A DNA stretch of 64,000 bases from Corallococcus sp. NCRR (GTDB taxonomy: Bacteria; Myxococcota; Myxococcia; Myxococcales; Myxococcaceae), in NCBI RefSeq assembly GCF_026965535.1, contig NZ_CP114039.1, forward strand, positions 7,971,461-8,035,460, written 5' to 3'. A model generated the notes under the pieces. The model did no database searches and was not told the origin of the DNA. It worked only from the letters and a program-made list of their open reading frames with translations. How positions within the stretch are numbered: the first letter of the stretch is position 1; the number at the start of each line of letters is the position of its first letter. This document shows, piece by piece, positions 37,471 through 49,077 of the stretch. The position numbers and the translations under genes were made by a program.

Positions 37471-38490
37471 CGGCACCTCCTCCGGACGTGGAAACAGCGG
37501 GTCCGTCCCGCACGCCGCGCGAATCCCCTTCGGCCAGGAAGCACGCCGCGGCGTGGCCTCCGCCCAGGGGATACAGCGGCGGGGATTCGCGGCGGCAGCG
37601 CTCCATCGCATGCGGGCAGCGCGGATGGAACGCGCAGCCGGCCGGCGGCGACAGGGGCGAAGGAGGCTCGCCCGGCAGCAGCTGGCGCGCGCGGGGATGC
37701 TCCGGATCCGGCACGGGCACCGCGGACAGCAGCGCCTGCGTGTACGGATGGCGGGGCCCGGCGTACAGCGCCCGGGACGGCGCGACCTCCACGATGCGGC
37801 CCAGGTACATCACCGCCACGCGCGTGGACACGTACTCAACAATCTTCAGGTCGTGCGCGATGAAGACGTAGGTGAGCCCGCGCTCGCGCTGCAGGTCCAC
37901 CAGCAGGTTGACGATCTGCGCCTGGATGGAGACGTCCAGCGCGCTGATGGGCTCGTCCGCCACCACCAGCTCCGGACGCAACGCGATGGCACGTGCAATG
38001 CCGATGCGTTGACGCTGGCCGCCGGAGAACTCATGCGGGTAGCGCTGCCGCGCCTCGCGGGGCAGCCCCATGGCGTCGAGCAACGCCAGCACCTCGTCCT
38101 CGCGCGCCTTGCCCTTCGCCAGGCCGTGGATGGCGAAGGGCTCCGCGAGGATGTCCCCCACCGTCATGCGCGGGTTGAGCGACGCGTACGGGTCCTGAAA
38201 CACGAGCTGCATCTGCCGGCGCAGCGGCCGCAATTCGCGCTGCGACAGGCCGGTGAGCTCGCGGCCGGCCACGCGGATGGAGCCGGAGGTCGGGTCGATG
38301 AGCCGCAGCACCGCGCGCCCCAGCGTGCTCTTGCCGCAGCCGCTCTCCCCTACCAGGCCCAGCGTCTCGCCGCGGGCGACGTCGAAGGACACGCCGTCCA
38401 CCGCGCGCACCGTGCCGCGCGTGCGGCCCAAGAGGCCGCCCCTCACCGGGAAGTGCACCTTCAGGTCGCGCACCTGGAGCAGCGGTTCGC

Positions 38491-38494
<4 letters not shown>
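37439..38494 (-). CDS. OppF/DppF-like ABC ATP-binding protein (orphan: no cognate permease or substrate-binding protein in the cluster)
   Basis: Walker [10 protein letters not shown], signature LSGGQRQR, Walker B LVVADEP, plus the C-terminal oligopeptide-ABC extension with Cys cluster ([14 protein letters not shown]). The start is ATG 38494, overlapping the stop of the next ATPase gene. Confidence 0.8.
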
Positions 38495-39518
<1,024 letters not shown>

Positions 39519-39522
<4 letters not shown>

Positions 39523-40526
39523 TTCTGGGCCAGCTCCTCCAGGAACTCCGCCTCCTGGATGAGCCCCTTGCGGATGAGCAGGCGGATGAGGCTCGCGACC
39601 ATGCGCGCGGGCTTCACCTTCTCCGTGTCCAGGCTGGCCTCTTCACCGCGCGAGATGCGGTCGATGTCGTCCAGCACCGCCAGGTCCTCCTCGGAGAAGT
39701 CCGGCTTGGGCGTGAGCGCCACGGACGGCTTCACGCCCTGCGCGGCGCCTCCGAAGAGCACCACCGGCACGCGCGGCTTGCTCGGGTCCTCCGGCTCCGC
39801 GGCGGGCGGAGGCGGCGGACGGGCCGCGGCGGGCGGAGGCGGCGGACGCGGGGCCTTGGGGACCTTGGGACGGGGCGTGGAGCCCAGGATGTCCTCCAGC
39901 ACCTCGGCGCCGTCGGCTCCCGACTCGTTGGGCGGCGGCGGCGGCAGGTCCCAGTCCAACGTCGGCGGCGCGGGCGGACGCGGCGGCGTGGGCGCGCGCG
40001 CGGCGGCCGGAGGCGACGGCGGCGACGGCAGGATGTCCGGCGAATCGTCTTCGTCCATGTCCATCGGTTCAGCCTCCACGATGTCCAGGGGCTCGCCCCG
40101 TCCGCGAGAGAGTGCCTGCTCCATGTCGTCCGGCGCGGCGACGAACACCTTGAGCGGCTTGCGCAGCTGGAAGCGCAGCTCGTCCACCAGCATCAGGTTG
40201 CCCGGGTCCTCCACCGCGACGTGGACCTTCTCGCTGCGGCCGTCCTGCTCCGCCGCGAAGAGGAGCACCCGGTGCTCGGACTGGAAGTCCATGGACACCA
40301 GCGAGGACACCGCATGCGGGATGTACTCGGGGATCTCCACGAACGGCAGCTCGTGCTGCGCCGCCAGCGCCCGCGCGATGTCCCGGCCCGTGCACAGGCC
40401 CATGGACACCAGCACCTCACCCAGCTTGCGGCCCTGGCCGCGCCTTCCCGACGCGAGGGCCTGCTTCACCTGCTCGTCCGTCACCACTCCGGCCTGGACG
40501 AGGAGTTCACCAATCTTCTTGCGCAT
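39519..40526 (-). CDS. T2SSE_N (MshEN-like) domain protein without an ATPase domain, with a Pro-rich linker and short C-terminal helix
   Basis: The N-terminal ~150 aa match the GspE/PilB N-terminal domain ([65 protein letters not shown]…). A ~100-aa P/A-rich linker follows. There are no Walker motifs. Confidence 0.7.
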
Positions 40527-40535
40527 GGCCGGGGG

Positions 40536-41288
40536 CTACCGCTTGACCTTGGCGAGGTATTCCTCGCGGGAGAAAACGCCCTTCTCGATGAGCAGCTCCA
40601 CCATGGCCTTCAGCGCCGCGACCTCCTTGCGCTGGACCTCCTCCACGCTCTTGAGCAGGTCCGCGGGGCTGCCGGACGGGGCCTGACGGGGGGGCTCCGC
40701 CGGAGGGGCCTGACGGGGGGGCGGAGCGGCGGCCGGCTTGGGGGACATGGCGACGGCGGCGGCCGGGTCCAGGTCCTTGAGGTTCTTCACGACGGTGCGG
40801 CCCTGCGCGTCCACCACCTTGAAGTTGGTGTCCGCGTCCTCCAGCTCCGCCGTCTCCTCGTAGAGGCGCGCGAACGCCCGCGCCACGGAGGTGCGCCCGG
40901 CCACGTTGGCCACGATGCGGCACTTGGACAGGGCGCGCAGCTCGTCCAGGACGCGCACGTTGAGCGGGTCCGACATGGCGACGACCAGCGTCTTGCCATC
41001 GTCGCGAAGCTGCAGCGGCACCACGGAGAAGTCGCGCGCCGTCTGCGCCGGGATCTTGGCCTTCACGTGCGGCGGCACCATCTGCACGGAGTCCAGGTTC
41101 ACCGCCGGCATGCCCAGCTGCTTCGACAAGGCGCGCACGAGGATGTCCTCGGAGACGAGGTTCATCCGGACGAGGATCTCGCCCAGCTTCCCGCCCCACT
41201 TGGCCTGCTCGGCGAGCGCCGCCTTGAGCTGGCTCTCCTGCAGGACGTTCGCCTTGATCAGCAGTTCTCCAAGCTTGATCTGTGCCAT
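40536..41288 (-). CDS. T2SSE_N (MshEN-like) domain protein without an ATPase domain (paralogue of the preceding gene)
   Basis: N-terminal domain (MAQIKLGELLIKANVLQESQLKAALAEQAKWGGKLGEILVRMNLVSEDILVRALSKQLGMPAVNLDSV…), then a P/A-rich linker and C-terminal helix (…KAMVELLIEKGVFSREEYLAKVKR). No Walker motifs. Confidence 0.7.
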   Translation of the reverse strand: MAQIKLGELLIKANVLQESQLKAALAEQAKWGGKLGEILVRMNLVSEDILVRALSKQLGMPAVNLDSVQMVPPHVKAKIPAQTARDFSVVPLQLRDDGKTLVVAMSDPLNVRVLDELRALSKCRIVANVAGRTSVARAFARLYEETAELEDADTNFKVVDAQGRTVVKNLKDLDPAAAVAMSPKPAAAPPPRQAPPAEPPRQAPSGSPADLLKSVEEVQRKEVAALKAMVELLIEKGVFSREEYLAKVKR

Positions 41289-41347
41289 GTCGTGCGCGCC
41301 ATAGTACCCGGTTTGCGCCGGGACGCTGCCTTTCGACGCCTGGAAGC

Positions 41348-42178
41348 TCAGGAACCCGGCGCTGGGGGCGGCCGGGACACCGGCCCCTCCGGCCGGACCT
41401 CCTGGCCCCGCGCGTCCACGTCCACCACCTTCGCCCCCTCGGGCGCGCCCATTTCATAGAGCGTCAGGTCCGGGCGGCCGTTGAGGCGGATGTCCGTGTA
41501 CTTCAGGTCCAGCTTCGTGTCCGCCGAGGCGGCGATGAGGTGCACCTTGTCCGGGAAGAACTGGTCGCCCCGCTGCTGGAAGTCCTCGAACGCCAGGTCG
41601 TAGCCCGGCACGCCCCGGACCTCGCTCTTCACGATGCGCAGGTGTTTGGGATCCACGCGCAGTGTCTGCGTGGCCGGGCCCCGCTGGAGCTTGAGCACGT
41701 ACACCCGCTCCTTCTCGTCCAGCTCCAGGGTCATGGACTCCGGCGGCAGCAGGGGGACCTGCCCCAGCATCACCGCCACCAGCTCCTCGCTCGGCAGGAC
41801 GACGGGCAGGAAGCGGGACACGTTCTCCGCGCTCGCCGGGCCCTGGAGGTACGTGTTCTCCCGCGCCTGGTAGACGCCGAAGCGCTCACCGTCGGAGACG
41901 AGCGAGGCCACCGGACGGTTGAAGAAGTCGTACGTCTCCAGGTGGATGAGGGCCGGGCGGGTGATGGAGAGATAGGTGGAGAGCGTTCCGCTGCCCTGGG
42001 GTGAGTCCACGTGCAGCTTGGCGTCACCCTCCAGGTTCACGACCTTCGCCTGCCGCTCGCGCACGTGCTGGTAGAGCGTCTGGGCGTCCTCGATGCGGCC
42101 CTCCGGACCGAACTCGAGACGTTTGGGGCAGGCCGAACAGAGGAGGGCCAGGAAGATTGCGGCGGCTGCGCGGTTCAT
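41348..42178 (-). CDS. Lipoprotein, LolA/DUF4292-like fold (last gene of the Tad-like cluster)
   Basis: Signal peptide plus lipobox (FLALLCSAC|P). The beta-rich body is reminiscent of the outer-membrane lipoprotein carrier/LolB fold. Confidence 0.55.
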   Translation of the reverse strand: MNRAAAAIFLALLCSACPKRLEFGPEGRIEDAQTLYQHVRERQAKVVNLEGDAKLHVDSPQGSGTLSTYLSITRPALIHLETYDFFNRPVASLVSDGERFGVYQARENTYLQGPASAENVSRFLPVVLPSEELVAVMLGQVPLLPPESMTLELDEKERVYVLKLQRGPATQTLRVDPKHLRIVKSEVRGVPGYDLAFEDFQQRGDQFFPDKVHLIAASADTKLDLKYTDIRLNGRPDLTLYEMGAPEGAKVVDVDARGQEVRPEGPVSRPPPAPGS

Positions 42179-42220
42179 ATGTCCTAGTGTGAGCCAGGGC
42201 CGCCTGCCCGGTCATCCATC

Positions 42221-42952
42221 ATGAGCCTGAACGATCTACTTCATTACCTTCGCCTGGGCGGCGTCACCCTCGCCCTCCTCCTGGGCGCCTCCGTGGTGGC
42301 CCTGGGCGTGGCCATCGAGCGGCTCATCGCCCTCTGGGGCGTGAGCGAGCGCTCCCGCAACCTGGGGGAGATCGTCCAGAAGCACCTCCTCCGGGGTGAC
42401 ATGGCCGCCGCCCGCACCGCCGCCGAGCGCTCCGACGCCGTGGCGGCCGACATCTTCCTCGCCGGGTTCGACCGCTGGGAGCGCTCCCGCGCCAGTGGCG
42501 GCAACGGCATCGAGTCCGCCGTGGAGCGCGAGCGCGCCCAGGTGGGCTTGAAGCTGCGGCGCAACCTGTGGCTGCTCGCCACCATCGGCTCGACGACGCC
42601 CTTCGTGGGCCTCTTCGGCACCGTGGCCGGCATCATGCGCTCCTTCAAGGACCTGGGCGTGGACGTGGAGGCCGGCGGCACCGGCGGCTCCGCGGCCGTG
42701 ATGACGGGCATCTCCGAGGCGCTCGTCGCCACCGCCGTGGGCATCCTCGTCGCCGTGCAGGCGATGGTCTTCTACAACTACTTCCAGGCCCGGCTATCCC
42801 GCGTGCTGGTGGAGCTGCGCCTGTTGGGCGACGAGTTCGCGGAGGTCCTCAAGGAGCGCTCCGCCGGTGGCCCGCTGCCGGACGCCACGCAGCCCCCGCG
42901 CGAGAGCGCCACGCCCCCCGCGCCCCGCCCGGATCCGCAGCCCGCCTCGTAA
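42221..42952 (+). CDS. exbB: MotA/TolQ/ExbB-family proton channel
   Basis: Three TM segments with the family signature …LWLLATIGSTTPFVGLFGTVAGIMRSF…LVATAVGILVAV…. Confidence 0.8.
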   Translation: MSLNDLLHYLRLGGVTLALLLGASVVALGVAIERLIALWGVSERSRNLGEIVQKHLLRGDMAAARTAAERSDAVAADIFLAGFDRWERSRASGGNGIESAVERERAQVGLKLRRNLWLLATIGSTTPFVGLFGTVAGIMRSFKDLGVDVEAGGTGGSAAVMTGISEALVATAVGILVAVQAMVFYNYFQARLSRVLVELRLLGDEFAEVLKERSAGGPLPDATQPPRESATPPAPRPDPQPAS

Positions 42953-42967
42953 GGAGACACGCCCACC

Positions 42968-43423
42968 ATGGCCATGGGAAAGACGCCCGGCTCGGGCGAT
43001 GACGAGGTGGAGGGCGCGGGCTTCGCGGAGATCAACATCACGCCGCTGACGGACGTGATGCTCGTGCTGCTCATCATCTTCATGGTGACCAGCTCGGTCA
43101 TCACCCAGCAGGGTCCGGGCGGCGGCGCGAAGGCGGGCCTCAAGGTGAACCTGCCCAAGGGCGGCGCCGCGGACGTCACCGCGAAGACCACCGACCTGTC
43201 CGTGGCGGTGCTGGCGGATGGCCGCTTCGTGCTCGCGGGCAACGTCGTCGCGGAAGCGGAGCTGAAGCAGGCCTTCGACGCCGCGAAGAACCAGAACCCA
43301 GACACCGTGGTCATCGTGCAGGCGGACGAAGGCGTTCCCCACGGCACCGTGGTGCAGGTGATGGAGCTGGCGAAGAAGGCCGGCCTCGCGCAGCTCGCCA
43401 TCGGCGTGCGCGAAGGCAACTAA
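42968..43423 (+). CDS. exbD: ExbD/TolR-family biopolymer transport protein
   Basis: N-terminal motif INITPLTDVMLVLLIIFMVT and a periplasmic domain. It lies 16 nt downstream of exbB. Confidence 0.8.
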   Translation: MAMGKTPGSGDDEVEGAGFAEINITPLTDVMLVLLIIFMVTSSVITQQGPGGGAKAGLKVNLPKGGAADVTAKTTDLSVAVLADGRFVLAGNVVAEAELKQAFDAAKNQNPDTVVIVQADEGVPHGTVVQVMELAKKAGLAQLAIGVREGN

Positions 43424-43426
43424 GCA

Positions 43427-43460
43427 AAAGGCCCCCCGGCGCGACGTGCCGGAGGGCCTT
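43427..43460. terminator. Bidirectional rho-independent terminator between convergent exbD and the acyl-CoA dehydrogenase gene
   Basis: Hairpin AAGGCCCCCCGGC-gcgacgt-GCCGGAGGGCCTT (13-bp stem, one mismatch) followed by CTTC. It sits in the 61-nt gap between two convergent stop codons. Confidence 0.55.
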
Positions 43461-43484
43461 CTTCACTTCAGGACTTCAAGTGCC

Positions 43485-45335
<1,851 letters not shown>

Positions 45336-45517
45336 TCCTGCGTGGAGGGCTCGCTGCCTGCCTGCTTCCCGCAGGGCGGGAAAAAGTAAGGGTCAGCGGC
45401 CCATGTGACGCAGGAAGTGTGGCGTCGACTGATTTTTGAGTCAACCCAAGATGACACCCCGCGTTGACGAGCGGTCGAAGCCGCTCTACTCCAACGCGGG
45501 ATTTCGTCTTGGAACGC

Positions 45518-46222
45518 CTACTTCTTGGCCTTCTTCGCGGCCGGGAGGGACGCTGTCTTCGCGGCGGGCTTCTCCCGGGGGGCGGTCTTCTTGGACGAGG
45601 CGCCGGAGCGGGGCTCGCCCGACTCCTCGTCGTCGTCCTCGTCGTCCTCGTCCCGGTCGCGCTCCGGGGCGGCGGGCGCCGGGGCGCTGGTGGCGGCGTC
45701 CGGGGTGGCGGGCGCCGGGACGACCAGGCTCTCGCGGGGGACCTCCACCACGATGGGGGACTGGCCGGAGCGCTGCCGGTTCTCGTCCTCCAGGGAGTAG
45801 AAGAGCTGGATCTGCGAGCCGCCCTTCATGACGAGCTCGCCCTTCTGGTTCTCCGCCCAGAGGTCGATTTCGACGAAGTACCGGCCGCCGGAGCCGTGGC
45901 GGTCGCTCACGCGGCCCTTGCAGACCACGGTGTCGCCCGGCCACACCATCTTGATGAAGCGGACGTTGTAGCGCCGCAGCTGGCCGCCCCGGGCCCAGTC
46001 GCTGATGAGCTGGCCCAACATGCCCATGACGAGCATGCCGGGGGCGTAGACGGACGGCATGCCCACGCTCTTGGCGTAGAGCTCGTCCACGTGCACGGGG
46101 TTGTAGTCGCCGGAGGCGCCCGCGTAGCGCGACAGCTGGACGCGGTCCACCGGGGCCTTGGCCAGCGCCGGCAGCTCGTCACCGACGCGGATGGATTCGA
46201 AGTAGAGCTTGCGCGCGGGCAT
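45518..46222 (-). CDS. MaoC-like (R)-specific enoyl-CoA hydratase (hotdog fold) with a charged acidic-then-Lys-rich C-terminal tail
   Basis: MaoC motif (…SGDYNPVHVDELYAKSVGMPSVYAPGML…). The C-terminal ~80 aa are DEDDEDDDEE… followed by AKTASLPAAKKAKK. The start overlaps the stop of the upstream hotdog gene. Confidence 0.75.
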   Translation of the reverse strand: MPARKLYFESIRVGDELPALAKAPVDRVQLSRYAGASGDYNPVHVDELYAKSVGMPSVYAPGMLVMGMLGQLISDWARGGQLRRYNVRFIKMVWPGDTVVCKGRVSDRHGSGGRYFVEIDLWAENQKGELVMKGGSQIQLFYSLEDENRQRSGQSPIVVEVPRESLVVPAPATPDAATSAPAPAAPERDRDEDDEDDDEESGEPRSGASSKKTAPREKPAAKTASLPAAKKAKK

Positions 46223-46671
46223 CAGACGTTCTCCTTGGCGGCACGCACCACGAGGGTCCGGCGGGCGCGGAAGACGAGGTTGCCCTCTTCGTCCCGGCCC
46301 TCGTCCTCGATGACCGCGATGTCCATCTTGCCGGACATGCCCGGCCGCTCGAAGACGTCCGACACGCGGGTGGACACGTAGATGCGGTCCCCCGCGAAGA
46401 TGGGCCGCTCGTAGTCGAAGCCCTGCTCCGCGTGCAGCAGGCTCTTGATGCCCACCCCCAACAACTCCCGGAGGTCCGCGGCGGAATGGAACGACGCGGG
46501 GAACGTGGGCGGCGCGACGATGGTGGGATAGCCCGAGGCCCGGGCGTACTCCTCGTCGTAGTAGATGGGATTGTAGTCGCCGATAGCCTCGGCGAAGCGC
46601 CGGATGGCGCCCTTCTCCACCTCGTTGAGCGTCGGCGGCGAGGCGCGGCCAATCGCGTTCTTGTCCAGCAT
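46222..46671 (-). CDS. MaoC_dehydrat_N-type hotdog protein (partner subunit, HadA-like)
   Basis: …FAEAIGDYNPIYYDEEYARASGYPTIVAPPTF…; it pairs with the downstream MaoC gene like heterodimeric HadAB-type hydratases. Confidence 0.7.
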   Translation of the reverse strand: MLDKNAIGRASPPTLNEVEKGAIRRFAEAIGDYNPIYYDEEYARASGYPTIVAPPTFPASFHSAADLRELLGVGIKSLLHAEQGFDYERPIFAGDRIYVSTRVSDVFERPGMSGKMDIAVIEDEGRDEEGNLVFRARRTLVVRAAKENV

Positions 46672-46691
46672 TTCCCTCTCCTGATGAGTCT

Positions 46692-47693
46692 TCAGCGTCC
46701 TGACGGAAGCTCGAGCACCGTCAGGAGCCCGGCCTCCGCGGCCGTCAAACGTGGCGCGGCATTCACCAGCGCGTTCGCGGTGGCCCGGTCGCCCGCCACT
46801 CCCCCCGGTATCTCCAGCACCAGCTTGGGATCCGCGTCGATCTCAATGCGATCCCGTGGGTTGTCCGCCCCTACCGCGATGGTCAGCTCCAGGCGGACCC
46901 GCTCCTGCCCCTCCTCCAAACCCACCACGGACTGGAACATGCCCGCGACGCGGCCTTTCTTCACGACAAATGCGCCGCCGGTGATGTCCTCCTCGGCGAA
47001 CACGGGCGCGACCTCCTCCTCGAAGTCGTCGCAGTCCAGCCCCAGCCCCACCGCCGCCATCGCCGCGGACTCCACCAGCCCCACGTGACCCAGCTCCTCG
47101 CGGTCCACCAGGTCGAAGAACTCCTCCTCCGTCAGGCCCGCGCCCACCTTGCGCTGCAGGGCCTCGCGGCGCGTGCGGGCATCCACCACACGACTGGCGG
47201 TCACCTTGCGCACGGGGCCGCACACCTGACCGGCGGTGGCCACCAGCCGGTCCAGCACGAAGCCCGGGTTCACGCCCGTGCCCACGATGGCCACGCCCGC
47301 CTTCTGCGCGGCGCGCTCCAGCTTGTCCGCCAGCTCCGGGTACTTGAGGTGCGGGAACGCCAGCTCCTCGCAGGTGCTGGCCACCGGCAGGCCCAGCTTC
47401 AGCGCGTCCAGCAGCTGATCCATCACCTGGGAGAGCCGGGAGCTGGTGGCGTGCAGCACCACCACGCCCTTGCGGCGCCCCACGGCCTTCTCCAGCGAGT
47501 CCGACACCTTGAAGCGCGGGCCGGCCTGCCCCAGCACGTCGCCCAGGGGGCGACCCACCAGGGAGGGCTGCGAGTCCACCGCGCCCATCAGCTCCACTTC
47601 GGGGGATGACAGGGCCGCCCTGGCAATCTCCTGCCCGATGAACCCCAGCCCCATCACCACCACCGGCACCGGCCCATCAGGGGCTCTAGCCAT
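46692..47693 (-). CDS. DapB-like NAD(P)-dependent oxidoreductase (amine-dehydrogenase / dihydrodipicolinate-reductase-like family)
   Basis: N-terminal Rossmann GxGxxG (VVVMGLGFIGQEI) with the DapB-like domain arrangement (…GVAIVGTGVNPGFVLD…). Confidence 0.55.
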   Translation of the reverse strand: MARAPDGPVPVVVMGLGFIGQEIARAALSSPEVELMGAVDSQPSLVGRPLGDVLGQAGPRFKVSDSLEKAVGRRKGVVVLHATSSRLSQVMDQLLDALKLGLPVASTCEELAFPHLKYPELADKLERAAQKAGVAIVGTGVNPGFVLDRLVATAGQVCGPVRKVTASRVVDARTRREALQRKVGAGLTEEEFFDLVDREELGHVGLVESAAMAAVGLGLDCDDFEEEVAPVFAEEDITGGAFVVKKGRVAGMFQSVVGLEEGQERVRLELTIAVGADNPRDRIEIDADPKLVLEIPGGVAGDRATANALVNAAPRLTAAEAGLLTVLELPSGR

Positions 47694-47938
47694 CGGAGAT
47701 TGCTCCCGAATTCCAAGGGGTTACAGCCATTTACGTTGGGTAGGCGGCCACCATAGAACACGGCTCGACGGGCAGGCAAGCAGGACGTGGAGTCCGGCGA
47801 CCACCTGTTTGAGGGAAACTTCAAGAATTCCGGTAGTTTGGCGGCACTGGAAAGCTTGGGGGGGCCTGTTTGCCCGTCTGCGGACCGGCTATAAGAGTCT
47901 GAGAAAAACGCAGCCACTCGCTCGGAGCGTATCAGCCC

Positions 47939-49060
47939 ATGGCCCGAATCCTCGTGGTGGACGACGACGTGCTCATCCTCGCGGCGCTGTCCCGGATCCT
48001 CCAGGCGGAGGGTTACGAGGTCGTGACACACAGCGACCCGGTGGTGGCGGCGCGGGAGCAGGGGTTCGACGTCGTGCTGACGGACTTCATGATGCCGTAC
48101 CTCAACGGCATCGAGCTGCTGTCGGCGCTCCGGGAGAAGAACCCGCGCGCGGTGCGGCTGATGCTGACGGCGGCGGCGGACTTCAAGACGGCGTCGGAGG
48201 CGGTGAACCGGGGCGAGGTCTTCCGCCTGCTGGGCAAGCCGTGGGCGCTGAGCGAGCTGACCAGCAGCATCCGGCAGGCCTTCGAGCACCACCGGCTGGT
48301 GGCGGTCAACGAGCGGCTGACGCGCGAGGTGGCGGAGAAGAACGCGGAGCTGCTGGCCATCAACGAGGGGCTGGAGCGCCGGGTGATGGAGCGCACCACG
48401 GGCCTTCTGGACGGGCTCATCAGCGCGCTGGACTACCGCGACACGGAGACGCAGTGGCACTCGCGGCGCGTGTCGCTGTACGCGCGGCGGCTGGCGCAGG
48501 AGATCGGCCTCACCGGACCCGCGCTGGACGTCGTGGAACAAGGCGCGCTCCTGCACGACATCGGGAAGATTGGCGTGCGCGACTCCATCCTGCTCAAGCC
48601 CGGGCCGCTCACGCCGGACGAATGGGTGGAGATGAAGCTGCACCCGGAGTTCGGCTACCGGATGCTGGCGAAGATGCCGTACCTGCACGAGGCGGCGCTC
48701 ATCGTCCTGCAACACCAGGAGCGCTGGGACGGCAAGGGCTACCCGCTGGGGCTCAAGGGCGAGGAGATCGTCATCGGGGCGCGCATCTTCTGCCTCGTGG
48801 ACACGCTGGACGCCATCACCTCCGACCGGCCCTATCGCAAGGGGCGCCCCATGAGCGTGGCGCGCGACGAGGTCCGCCGCTGCGCGGGCACGCAGTTCGA
48901 TCCGATGCTCGCGGACGCGTTCCTCGGTCTGCCGGAGACGGAGTGGGCCCGCATCCGCCGCGAGGTGGAGGAGATGGAAGAGGCGGAGGGCCACCGCTGG
49001 ACGGGCGCGAAGCTCGACGCGAACGGACAGCCCGTGCCCGCGCGCGCCGCCGGGGCCTGA
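47939..49060 (+). CDS. Response regulator with an HD-GYP output domain (c-di-GMP phosphodiesterase-type)
   Basis: Receiver domain (ILVVDDDVLI…DVVLTDFMMPYLNG…). HD motif (LLHDIGK) and the HHExxDGxGYP-equivalent (LQHQERWDGKGYPLGL). Confidence 0.8.
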   Translation: MARILVVDDDVLILAALSRILQAEGYEVVTHSDPVVAAREQGFDVVLTDFMMPYLNGIELLSALREKNPRAVRLMLTAAADFKTASEAVNRGEVFRLLGKPWALSELTSSIRQAFEHHRLVAVNERLTREVAEKNAELLAINEGLERRVMERTTGLLDGLISALDYRDTETQWHSRRVSLYARRLAQEIGLTGPALDVVEQGALLHDIGKIGVRDSILLKPGPLTPDEWVEMKLHPEFGYRMLAKMPYLHEAALIVLQHQERWDGKGYPLGLKGEEIVIGARIFCLVDTLDAITSDRPYRKGRPMSVARDEVRRCAGTQFDPMLADAFLGLPETEWARIRREVEEMEEAEGHRWTGAKLDANGQPVPARAAGA

Positions 49061-49077
49061 CGCGCGAGGGGCCCGCC

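Noticed and set aside
37063-37611. Full-length 182-aa ORF for the DUF2085-like protein
   Set aside because: Its first ~45 codons overlap the well-supported C-terminus of the OppF-like ATPase gene, so the start was moved to an internal GTG. The exact start remains uncertain.
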